From: Candidatus Xenobia bacterium
GTDB taxonomy: Bacteria > Vulcanimicrobiota > Xenobia > Xenobiales > QWHO01
NCBI GenBank assembly: GCA_045863235.1
Contig: BTUM01000004.1
Span: forward strand, 32,001-96,000
Length of the DNA: 64,000 nt
Direction: 5' to 3'
A model generated the notes under the pieces. That model searched no databases. It had not been told where the DNA came from and worked only from the letters and a program-made list of their open reading frames with translations. A program made the translations under genes and the position numbers. Positions 9,131 to 17,774 of this stretch are shown piece after piece. Numbering within the stretch: the first letter of the stretch is position 1; every line of letters starts with the position of its first letter.

Positions 9131-11341
9131 ATGCGCCTGATAAGTTCGTCTCGAAGAGCCTTCTACTTCCCGTCGCTGCTGATGCTGTCGGTGCTGTTGG
9201 CGATGTTGACCACGGCAGCCATCTCGCTGGTGACGTCGGATCAACGGGCGTCCAGCAAGCTGACCGGTAATGACGCGGCCCTGAAAGCGGCCGACGCGGG
9301 CCTGCGCTACGCCCAGGCCCGCCTGGGGGAGGACCCGAGCTGGCGAGGAGATGGCAACACCCTGGTGGTCAACACGCCCGACCTGGCCGTGCGCGAGAAC
9401 TACGGCAACGTGATCGGGGCCATCCGAGCAACGGGCGGGGAATGGGCCCAGTTCCGCATTCGCTTCAACTACCAGGATGATGCGGTGGGCAACCAGGACG
9501 GCCTGCCCGACCCCGTGATGTGGGTCGACAATCCCTTCGTTTCAATCAACAACGTGCTGGGCGGGGCCGCGGCTCCCGTGCCCCGGGCCGATGGTGCCAA
9601 CTTCGCGGTGACCCCGGCCAGCCAGACCCCCTATGAGGTGCCGCTGGGAACCGTCTGCGTGCTGGTGGAGGGAAGGGCCGGACCGGCTCTGCGCCAGTTG
9701 GACTCGACCAATCTCGATCCACCCCTGGCCGCCGGTCACGGGGTGACCCGCCGGGTGGTGGAGGCGTATCTGCGCGTCAACAGCGTCCCCAATACCGACG
9801 CCGCGGCCATGGCTGCCGGCAACATCCAGGTCGACCTGAACACCAAGGAGATGACGGTCGAGGACGACTCGGCGGGCGTTCCGCGGCTGCGCAGCAAGTC
9901 GGAGATCTCGGTCAACGGCGGAGCCGCCACCAACCTCAAGGCCGACAATGGCGAAACCCAGTCGGGCAGCGGCAACCTGACTGCCAACTACGACGCGAAC
10001 AAGGTCACCCCCAAAACGGAGGATCCGAACGCGGGTTTCTATCAGCTCACCTGGAACGACGTGAAGAAGGCCACCGCCTCCGACCCCACCATCGCGGCCG
10101 GGACCTACGTGCTGTGGCAGGATGGCACGTTCCATTACTATGACATGAATTACGACGCTTACAAGGCCTACATCGAGGGGAACCCCGGTGACGTGGGGCA
10201 GGTATTGACGGCCACCGACCTGCCATCGAGCTTCCAGGTCGATACCAACGACCCCCTCAAGCCCAAGCTGACCATCACCGGCAATACTTTCGTGCAGCCC
10301 ACCGGAGCCTCCGACCAGTTCAACCTGATCCCGCGCGAGGGCGCCAAGGAGGATCCGGACTCGGCCGGCGGCGGCGGAGCCCTGACCTACGCCCAGCAGC
10401 AAGATGCCGTCATCCAGAACGTTTTACCCGGGCTGTCCTTCAACTATGTGAGCACACCCAGCCACAACGTCAGCTGGACCGTGCCCCTGGCCGGCCCGGT
10501 CCCGGGAGGCATTCAAGAGTACATCCATCCCTCTGGCACCGGGCAGGGCTGGGCAGGCTACCTGCGCTTGACCGACAACGGGGATGGAACCGGAACCCTC
10601 GTGCTGGATGATCGCGCCACCCTCGACCTCAACCCACGCCTGAACACCAACCCGGTGGGCGCGTTGCAGCGAGCCATGACCATCGCCAACGGAAATGGCG
10701 ACCAGGCCGTGCTCCAGGTCGCAGCCGCTATCGCCGGGACCACCGGTGGCGCCGCCGTCAGCCAGGGCATTGACCTGGGAGGAGCCATCACCGATACCCT
10801 CAAGCCCGACAACATCAAGATCGAGTTCAAGCCCCCCAGCGGCACCTCGGCCATCCTCTCGGCCAACGGCGATGTGCGGCTCGGCAGCAACGTCACCGGC
10901 GAGGGCGGCTCCATCACCTCCGGTGGAACCATCCGTCTCATCGGCGCCGGCACCGACCTCTCGGCCAGCCTGACGGACGGACTGAACCTCTACGCCAAGG
11001 GCGACATCGTGCTCTCCTCTCTCAAGCAGAAGTCGGACACCGAGTACGAGTTCAAGGACTTCAAAATGAAAGGGGTTATCTATACCTGGGGCAACTTCAC
11101 GGCCAAGGTCGGCCTGGAGAACAATGCCCAGGTCACCAAGTGGGGCAAGTTCTCCCTGGAAGGAGCCCTGGTGGCTTACGGCGGCGACCCCGCCGGCTCG
11201 CCGGGCAACCTGGGCGGGGGCAACATCTACATCAAGGCTGATGAGGCCAAACTGAAGTTTGATCCGGCCTACCTGGTGCAGATCAACCAGAATCCTCCCC
11301 CGGGGGCACTCTCCCAGTCCTTCTATGCGGTCTACCGTTAG
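9131..11341 (+). CDS. Large PilX/GspK-like minor pilin with extended C-terminal domains
   Basis: Basic leader RRA|FYFPSLLML with hydrophobic helix and no Glu+5; A..AADAGLRYA PilX-like motif; Gly/Thr-rich beta-type C-terminus. Confidence 0.7.
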   Translation: MRLISSSRRAFYFPSLLMLSVLLAMLTTAAISLVTSDQRASSKLTGNDAALKAADAGLRYAQARLGEDPSWRGDGNTLVVNTPDLAVRENYGNVIGAIRATGGEWAQFRIRFNYQDDAVGNQDGLPDPVMWVDNPFVSINNVLGGAAAPVPRADGANFAVTPASQTPYEVPLGTVCVLVEGRAGPALRQLDSTNLDPPLAAGHGVTRRVVEAYLRVNSVPNTDAAAMAAGNIQVDLNTKEMTVEDDSAGVPRLRSKSEISVNGGAATNLKADNGETQSGSGNLTANYDANKVTPKTEDPNAGFYQLTWNDVKKATASDPTIAAGTYVLWQDGTFHYYDMNYDAYKAYIEGNPGDVGQVLTATDLPSSFQVDTNDPLKPKLTITGNTFVQPTGASDQFNLIPREGAKEDPDSAGGGGALTYAQQQDAVIQNVLPGLSFNYVSTPSHNVSWTVPLAGPVPGGIQEYIHPSGTGQGWAGYLRLTDNGDGTGTLVLDDRATLDLNPRLNTNPVGALQRAMTIANGNGDQAVLQVAAAIAGTTGGAAVSQGIDLGGAITDTLKPDNIKIEFKPPSGTSAILSANGDVRLGSNVTGEGGSITSGGTIRLIGAGTDLSASLTDGLNLYAKGDIVLSSLKQKSDTEYEFKDFKMKGVIYTWGNFTAKVGLENNAQVTKWGKFSLEGALVAYGGDPAGSPGNLGGGNIYIKADEAKLKFDPAYLVQINQNPPPGALSQSFYAVYR

Positions 11342-11822
11342 CAGCAAGCCCAGCGGACTCTCCCTGGCCGAGCTGATGGTCGCGGTTGGCTTCTTTGCGG
11401 TCGCCATCCTGGCCATCCTCGGCCTGACCGTGTCGGTGCTGCGCACCGATAGCAAGTCCAGCGAGAGCGCGGCGGGAGCTTTGATGGCCGACCGTCTGCT
11501 GCAGCGAACCATCGCCCGGGTCAAGGGGGACGCGGCAGCGCGCGCCAATTTCTGGGACAACGAGCACCTGACCCCCCCCTGGGAGCAGGGCGTGGCCAGG
11601 AGCACCAGCGGCAACGACTTCAACTACGTCATCTATGCCACCACCGTCGTCGGGGTGGGAGGCGCTCCGGTCGGGTCGGTGGCTCCCAACAACCGCCTCA
11701 AGAAGGTGGATGTGCTGGTCTGGTGGTTCAACGCCAACCCGACCGACCGGGCGGGCTACGGAAAGCTCAACACCCGCATCACCCAGCTGGTATCGGAGGC
11801 CGAGACCGTTGCGCCCCCGTAA
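11325..11822 (+). CDS. PilV-like minor pilin
   Basis: Class III signal KPSG|LSLAELMVA; LKKVDVLVWW C-terminal strand. Confidence 0.8.
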   Translation: MRSTVSSKPSGLSLAELMVAVGFFAVAILAILGLTVSVLRTDSKSSESAAGALMADRLLQRTIARVKGDAAARANFWDNEHLTPPWEQGVARSTSGNDFNYVIYATTVVGVGGAPVGSVAPNNRLKKVDVLVWWFNANPTDRAGYGKLNTRITQLVSEAETVAPP

Positions 11823-12621
11823 TCGCGGGGCCTCGCTGGTGGAGCTGGCGGTCGGAGTGGCCATCTTCATGCTGTTGAGCCTGCTGATGGTAGCCGCTCT
11901 CAAGACGGGCAATCAGGTCTGGACGCGCAGCATGGCCAGTTCCTCGGGCCAGACCGAGTTGCGCAAGGCCTATTCGAGCCTGAGCTCGGACCTTCGCCGC
12001 AGCCGCTTCGACAGGGTGGCCCGCCGCACGGTTCCCGCCAGCCTGGGCGGCGGGGGCTTCGACGGGGATGCCATCTGGTTTTTGACCTGCGAAGATCCAA
12101 ACACCGGGCTGATGATGAAGAAGGCGGACGGAAGCGCCTTCTGGCAGCGCAACATCCTCTACTACACCATCGTTCCCACCGGCCACAATGCTCTCTATGG
12201 CTTCACCTGCGGGGGCGGCGCCGACGCCGATGGCTACGACGACCGCTGCCCCCACAAAATGTTGATCCGGCAGGTCATCGATCTGCCCCCGGCCACCAAT
12301 CCGGCCGACGAGACGACGGAAGAGCCCCTGCTGACGGCCGCCCAGGTTGCCCCCTACCTGATTGCCCCGGTAGGGTTTGACGTCTCCGGGATCGTCGGAC
12401 CGGGCACCGAGCAGGTGGAGGTGCGAGCCCACAGCCTGCTCTGTTTCAAAACGGCACTGGCACCCGATGCAAACTTCCCGGGCGAGGTTCTGGTCGACCT
12501 GCGGGCTGCCCGCATCCAAGAAGCGCGGCGAGCCGTCCAGGTGGGCAGCGCCCCCCTCGACGGGTATGACATCAGCCTGGAGTTCTCTGTCTTCCCTGCC
12601 CCGGCTCCGCCGGCTCCCTGA
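11809..12621 (+). CDS. PilW/PulJ-like minor pilin
   Basis: GGAGG then TTG 11809; RNRG|ASLVELAVG prepilin motif. Confidence 0.8.
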   Translation: MRPRNRGASLVELAVGVAIFMLLSLLMVAALKTGNQVWTRSMASSSGQTELRKAYSSLSSDLRRSRFDRVARRTVPASLGGGGFDGDAIWFLTCEDPNTGLMMKKADGSAFWQRNILYYTIVPTGHNALYGFTCGGGADADGYDDRCPHKMLIRQVIDLPPATNPADETTEEPLLTAAQVAPYLIAPVGFDVSGIVGPGTEQVEVRAHSLLCFKTALAPDANFPGEVLVDLRAARIQEARRAVQVGSAPLDGYDISLEFSVFPAPAPPAP

Positions 12622-12631
12622 GCGACGCAGG

Positions 12632-12922
12632 TCAGGACGACTTCGGCAGACACCCCTGGGCGCAGGTCACCTTCTTGGTGCCGAAGCGCGAGCAGCGGCT
12701 CACGCAGACATGCTCGGGGGCGTCGGAGGTGACCAGTAGCTCCCAGTAGTCGGGCCGCCTGACCACCTCGATCTGGACGTCCTCACCATTCTCCGGGCAG
12801 CGAACGCGCTGCTCCTCACGCACCCACGGCAGCTCATGTGCGGACAGATACCAGACAAGGCCGACCCCTGCCGCCACCGCCGTGATAGCCACCCCGAGGG
12901 GAACAAAATAGACAAGCGACAT
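12632..12922 (-). CDS. Small membrane-anchored Cys-rich hypothetical protein
   Basis: N-terminal TM helix, then RCPENG...CVSRCSRF...TCAQGCL; purine-rich RBS before ATG 12922. Confidence 0.65.
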   Translation of the reverse strand: MSLVYFVPLGVAITAVAAGVGLVWYLSAHELPWVREEQRVRCPENGEDVQIEVVRRPDYWELLVTSDAPEHVCVSRCSRFGTKKVTCAQGCLPKSS

Positions 12923-13024
12923 CTCGCTCACCCCTTCCGCCATGGTGATCGTCATGGTAACCCCAGCCGGCGGGCGAGTCATTGATCCCTCTCAAACTTG
13001 GTCCGAAATCGCGAAGCTGACCGG

Positions 13025-14554
13025 TCAGGGCAACTCGCCCAGCCCGAGGAGCCCGAACACCTGATCAAAGTAGAGCAGGTAGTGTTTGGGCATCTCGTTT
13101 CCCACATTGACGATCTGCCCATTGACATCGACGGCGTATCCATGGACCTTCTCGGTCAGAAAGATGGTCTTCTCGCCCTGAGTGGTCGCCATGCTCGCCG
13201 TGATGGTGTTCTGAAGAACGGAGGCATCGTTGCGGATCAGATAAGAAGGGAAAGGCAGCGACTGCACACTGCTACTCGCTCCTGTGTCCAGCAGCGAATT
13301 CCACAAAGCCGGGGCCGGTCCGCCTGAGAACTGATAGGTAATGGGCACGGCGGCGTCATCCCAGAACAGGGTGGAGGCAGGCGGCGTGCCGCCGGTCAGG
13401 CCCGAATCATCGCTCTGGGTCGGGGGCAGTTGCACAGTAGCAAAGTCTGTCGGATTAAAGGAGCCAAAGCGGATCTCGTGCCCGGGGCGATTCAGGACGA
13501 AGCCCTGGTTGTAGGGCTCGGGGAAGAAGATGCGGGGGGTTACCGAGCTATTCAAGCGCAAACCAAAAATCGCGTTGTTGCGGCCTCCCCCGCTCACGAC
13601 ATCGTCCTCCACGACCAGGATGGGGATCATCGCCACAGTGGAGAGCACGGTGTCTTCGCTGTTGAGCAGCTCGACCCGGGCGTAGCCCAGCTTTCCGGGA
13701 CGCGGATTGGTACCGTGGGCATAGGTGATGGTTACATTCGTATCGGTCATGGTCACATCCGGGCCGATGTGGCTCTGACCCACCACCAGGGCTCCAGAGC
13801 CCGTGTCCAACTCGGTGAAGACGCGTTTACCGCCCCCGACGCGAATGTGGATCCCGGTTTTGTGGCCATAGTCCAGAGTGGGGACGGACACGAAGCCCTG
13901 ACCGATGGTGAGAACCGCCTGAGCTTCCAGTGCGCCAAAGCGAGCCAGGATCAGGGCGCTCCCGGCAGCCAGTGCCTGGGCCTCGCCCAGTTCATTGACC
14001 CTGGCCACGTTCGGCTCGCTGGACTCCCAATCCACCCCATGGCTGACGTCCACCTCGTCGCCCCCTGGCAGAGTGGCCCGTGCTTTGAAGGTGGTCCTGC
14101 CTCCCACCTCGGCCTGGGAAATCGGGGGTGTGACACTAAGGGACTCAGGTTTCTGAAGGTGGGAAAAAGTCACCCTGGACGTGCTCCCACGGGTGACGGT
14201 CACCCGCTGATGGCCCGCTCCCACGGCCTTGCCGGAGCGGTCTTTGAACACCAACACCACGTGGTAGTCGGCCGACTCGTCGACCAGGAGATCGACCTGT
14301 TGAACGGAGCTGGCATTGCTCAGAGTGAGCTTGCGCTGGACCAGCGCGCCGTCTTCCCTGCGCAGCGCCACATCGAACTGGGCCACCTGGCGGCCAAGAT
14401 CCACCTTGACAATGGTGAGCGAGACCAGCGCCGGCGGTGCAGCTGTCAAATTGGCGGGATCGGCGGGGAGGTCGCCCCCGCAGGCAACCACCAGTACGAT
14501 GAGAGCAATCAACAGGCTTCGCACTTCAAACCTCGCATCAGGCAGCCCGTTCAC
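13025..14554 (-). CDS. Lipoprotein with Ig-like (Big_2) domain and pepsin-like aspartic protease domain
   Basis: Lipobox LVVAC; VDWESSEPNVARV Big_2 motif; two catalytic-type motifs ELDTGSG and LLDTGAS; late NVGN...YLLYFD...LLGL strand pattern. Confidence 0.75.
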   Translation of the reverse strand: MNGLPDARFEVRSLLIALIVLVVACGGDLPADPANLTAAPPALVSLTIVKVDLGRQVAQFDVALRREDGALVQRKLTLSNASSVQQVDLLVDESADYHVVLVFKDRSGKAVGAGHQRVTVTRGSTSRVTFSHLQKPESLSVTPPISQAEVGGRTTFKARATLPGGDEVDVSHGVDWESSEPNVARVNELGEAQALAAGSALILARFGALEAQAVLTIGQGFVSVPTLDYGHKTGIHIRVGGGKRVFTELDTGSGALVVGQSHIGPDVTMTDTNVTITYAHGTNPRPGKLGYARVELLNSEDTVLSTVAMIPILVVEDDVVSGGGRNNAIFGLRLNSSVTPRIFFPEPYNQGFVLNRPGHEIRFGSFNPTDFATVQLPPTQSDDSGLTGGTPPASTLFWDDAAVPITYQFSGGPAPALWNSLLDTGASSSVQSLPFPSYLIRNDASVLQNTITASMATTQGEKTIFLTEKVHGYAVDVNGQIVNVGNEMPKHYLLYFDQVFGLLGLGELP

Positions 14555-14621
14555 GGGCCTCGGGCTCTCGGCCTGTTTGGCTGATCCGCAGCGCGGCCGG
14601 CCAGCACCCAGGCCCCACCCT

Positions 14622-15191
14622 CTAAGGCCGAGCCAGAGCCAGCTCCGGATACAGGTTGCGATACTGCTCCCGGTGCACCAGAACCGAACTCACGAAGGCA
14701 CGGGTCTCGGGGTAGCCGATCTCATCCAGGCTCAAACGTCCGTCTGGGCCGCGCCAGCGCTCGACGTTGGACGGGCCTCCGTTGTAAGCCGCCAGGGAGC
14801 TAACCAGGTCGCCCTCGTAGCGGTCGAGCAGGGTGCGCAGGTAGCTCGTACCCAGGCGCAGGTTCAGGTCGGGGGTAGCCAGGTTGAGGGGTCCGTTCAG
14901 GCCCTGGCGGCGGGCCATCTCGTCGGCCGTGCCGGGCATCAGCTGCATCAACCCTACAGCTCCCACGGGGCTTACGGCCCGGGGCGAGAAGCGACTTTCC
15001 TGATACACGACGGCCGCCACCAGGTAGGGGTCGAGCTGGTTGGAACGGGCCTGGCGTATCAGCTCGCTGCGGTAGGCCAGGGGATAGAGACAACGCTGAA
15101 ACGAGGGGAACAGGGTGAGCAGGGGGAGCACACACAGGCCGAGCCAGAATCCGTGTCGTCTGTTGAGCAACCGCAAAAGCCGCCTTTTCAA
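14622..15191 (-). CDS. Soluble lytic transglycosylase (SLT domain)
   Basis: QESRF, GAVGLMQLMP, LAAYNGG, ETRAFV; TTG start overlapping the coaE stop. Confidence 0.92.
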   Translation of the reverse strand: MKRRLLRLLNRRHGFWLGLCVLPLLTLFPSFQRCLYPLAYRSELIRQARSNQLDPYLVAAVVYQESRFSPRAVSPVGAVGLMQLMPGTADEMARRQGLNGPLNLATPDLNLRLGTSYLRTLLDRYEGDLVSSLAAYNGGPSNVERWRGPDGRLSLDEIGYPETRAFVSSVLVHREQYRNLYPELALARP

Positions 15192-15778
15192 GCCTCCACC
15201 CGCTGCAGCCACGTGGACTCGATCTGGCGCACCGTCTCCTCCGGCGAGCCGGAATTATCGATCACCACGTCGGCTCGCTGGAGCCGCTCGCCGGCGGACA
15301 TCTGGGCGCTTCGCCGGGCCTCGGCCTGTTGAGCTGAGAGACCGTCACGTCGCATGAGACGCTCGAGTTGCACCTCAGGACGAACGTGAACTACCCAGAC
15401 CTGATCGACATACCGTTCGCCCCCATGCTCGAGGAGGAGGGGCGCTACCAGGACCACAACGGGATGGGTACGTGAATGTTCTCCAAGCTGGTGATGAATT
15501 TCCTTCCAAATCGCAGGATGGGTAATCTGGTTCAGGCGCTCCAAGGCCTGCGGATCACCGAAAACCCTGCCAGCCAGGCCCTTGCGATCGAGCTGGCCGT
15601 CGCTTTGCAGGATGTCGGGCCCGAAAGCTTCAACCAGTTGACCCAGCACCGGACTGCCAGGCCCGGTCACCTCGCGGCTGACCTGATCGGCATCGACCAG
15701 GGCCGCGCCACGACGAGACAACTCATCGGCCACCAGGCTCTTGCCGCTGGCAATCCCCCCGGTCAGCCCGATGATCAC
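15188..15778 (-). CDS. coaE: Dephospho-CoA kinase
   Basis: IIGLTGGIASGKS P-loop, DAD, LDRKGLA, ITHP, PLLLE, VIDNSG. Confidence 0.96.
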   Translation of the reverse strand: MIIGLTGGIASGKSLVADELSRRGAALVDADQVSREVTGPGSPVLGQLVEAFGPDILQSDGQLDRKGLAGRVFGDPQALERLNQITHPAIWKEIHHQLGEHSRTHPVVVLVAPLLLEHGGERYVDQVWVVHVRPEVQLERLMRRDGLSAQQAEARRSAQMSAGERLQRADVVIDNSGSPEETVRQIESTWLQRVEA

Positions 15779-15783
15779 CTGCG

Positions 15784-17283
15784 TCAGGCGTTCTCTTCGG
15801 CGGGTGCTTCCGACGAGGGTTCCTCGGCCGGGGCCGCGGACGCAACTTCGGGCTCCATCGCTTCAGCTTGGGGTTGGACGGTTGTCTCGACGAGCGGAAC
15901 CTCGACCACCTCAGCCACCGGAGCCGGAGCAGGCTCGGGGGCCGACTCCGACCTGGGGGCAGGTTTGGGCTTCTCCTCCTGGGCCGCGCTCTGGCCCAGC
16001 AGCTGGGCCTTCAAGGCATCCGGCAAACGATCGCCCAGAGTGAACCCGGTCGAGGAGTCTCCACCCCGATCCCGGTACTCGGCTGGCATGGCCATGCCCG
16101 GGTTCGCCTGACGCAGGGAGAGCGTGATCCGACGCGTGTCGGGGTTCACGTCCAGCACCTTCACCTTGACCTCTTGCTCGGGTTTGAGAATGTCCTGGGG
16201 CTTTCCCACCCGGAAGTCGGCCAGCTCATTGATCGGGATCAAACCCTCCACACCATCGGCAATCTCGACAAACACATAGTTCTTGACCAGCTTGCTGACC
16301 TTGCCGGGTACGATACTGCCCTCTTTGAAATTCTCTGTGATGGTCATCCACGGGTCCGGACGAGCCTGCTTGAGCGACAGCGAGATGCGCTCCTTGGACT
16401 TATTGATGCTGAGGATGCGCACATCCACCTTCTCGCCCACCCGCACCACCTCGCTGGGGTGCTTGATGCGCTTCCAGGCCAGCTCGGAAATGTGCACCAG
16501 GCCGTCCACGCCGCCCAGGTTGATGAAAGCGCCGAAGTTGGTCAGTCGAGCCACGGTTCCACTGACGATCTGGCCCTCGTCCAGGTCGCCCATGGTGCGC
16601 TCCTTCATCTTGGAGCGCTCCTCCATCAAGGCGTTCTTGCGAGAGAGCACCACCTTGCGGCGAGCCTTGTCCACCTCGACCACCTTCAGCTCGAGCACCT
16701 CACCGACGTAGTCGGACAGGTCGTGCACCGGGCGCAGGTCGACGTGGGAGGCGGGCACGAAGCCGCGCAGCCCCAGATCGACGATCAGTCCGCCTTTGAC
16801 CTGCTCGGTGCAAGTGGCCGTGAGCGTCTGGCCCGTTTCCTGGGCCTTGAGCACGCGCAGCCAGGCTGACTCGAGGTCGGCCCGCTTCTTACTCAGGATC
16901 AGGACGCCCTCGGAGTCTTCCACACGCTGGACCACCACGTCGATGGTCTCGCCCACTTTGACGACTTCCTCGGGCGGCAGGTTGCGATGGCTCAGCTGGC
17001 CAACCGGGATCTTGCCCTCGGTCTTGTAGCCCACGTCGACCAGGACGCCGTCTGCGTCGACCCTCACCACCACGCCCGACAGGAACTCTCCAGGCGCGAT
17101 CTTCTTGAACGAATCCTCATAGGCCATGGCCGAGGCCATATCGGCGCCCGGAGTGGTGCCCTCCTGGGGGGCCGGAGTCGCTGCCTCGGCGGCTTCCTCG
17201 GTGGCGGCCGGAGTTTCGGCGGCCTGCGCGACGGCTTCGGCCTCGGGCTGCTGCTCGGTGGATTCGGTCTGGGTGTTGGTCAT
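15784..17283 (-). CDS. rpsA: 30S ribosomal protein S1 (four S1 domains, acidic/Pro-rich termini)
   Basis: VDVGYKTEG, GLRGFVPASHV, FGAFINLGGVDGLVHISEL, GVEGLI; AAGGAG RBS. Confidence 0.96.
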   Translation of the reverse strand: MTNTQTESTEQQPEAEAVAQAAETPAATEEAAEAATPAPQEGTTPGADMASAMAYEDSFKKIAPGEFLSGVVVRVDADGVLVDVGYKTEGKIPVGQLSHRNLPPEEVVKVGETIDVVVQRVEDSEGVLILSKKRADLESAWLRVLKAQETGQTLTATCTEQVKGGLIVDLGLRGFVPASHVDLRPVHDLSDYVGEVLELKVVEVDKARRKVVLSRKNALMEERSKMKERTMGDLDEGQIVSGTVARLTNFGAFINLGGVDGLVHISELAWKRIKHPSEVVRVGEKVDVRILSINKSKERISLSLKQARPDPWMTITENFKEGSIVPGKVSKLVKNYVFVEIADGVEGLIPINELADFRVGKPQDILKPEQEVKVKVLDVNPDTRRITLSLRQANPGMAMPAEYRDRGGDSSTGFTLGDRLPDALKAQLLGQSAAQEEKPKPAPRSESAPEPAPAPVAEVVEVPLVETTVQPQAEAMEPEVASAAPAEEPSSEAPAEENA

Positions 17284-17569
17284 GGCGCTGGTTGCTCCTT
17301 TCGATGTGGCTCTGCTACGACAGAGCCGGTCAGTTGTTACTGTGGTCGGCGGTGGGATTGCTGCGAAGCGTGCAGCGCTCGCCCGGGAAGTTCCCCTCGA
17401 AGAGAAAATTCGCCCCGCTTCTCGTTTTCCTGTCTAACGCGACGAAAAAATCGCGTTGGGACAAATATTCAAGCCAATTTTGCCGCTCCATTGTGCGCGA
17501 ACGACCAACCGATCTCCTGCTAGGAGCGCAGCCGGAAACCCCCTTGACACGGTTTTCCGGCTGCGCGAC

Positions 17570-17615
17570 GCCCAACATGTTGTGCTAGAAGTTCGGCGCC
17601 TACAACATCTTGTGG
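17570..17615. promoter_or_regulatory. Tandem NrdR-box-like palindromes
   Basis: GCCCAACATGTTGTGC (17570) and CTACAACATCTTGTGG (17600), 30 bp apart. Confidence 0.5.
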
Positions 17616-17717
17616 TGGCGGAGGTTCCCTCCGACACCACAGGGGGTTTGCGGCCGGACTTCTAGCGGCGCAAACCCTTTGACAAAGTTTACCGGCCGCG
17701 GCGACGCCCGAAAGCGA

Positions 17718-17753
17718 AGAAGTCGGGCCTCCCGTTCAGGAGCGCCCGACTTC
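17718..17753 (-). terminator. Probable terminator hairpin downstream of the polA-like gene
   Basis: GAAGTCGGGC...GCCCGACTTC inverted repeat, followed on the minus strand by a short T-rich run. Confidence 0.55.
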
Positions 17754-17774
17754 CCAGCCGTCTCCAGAAAGAGG

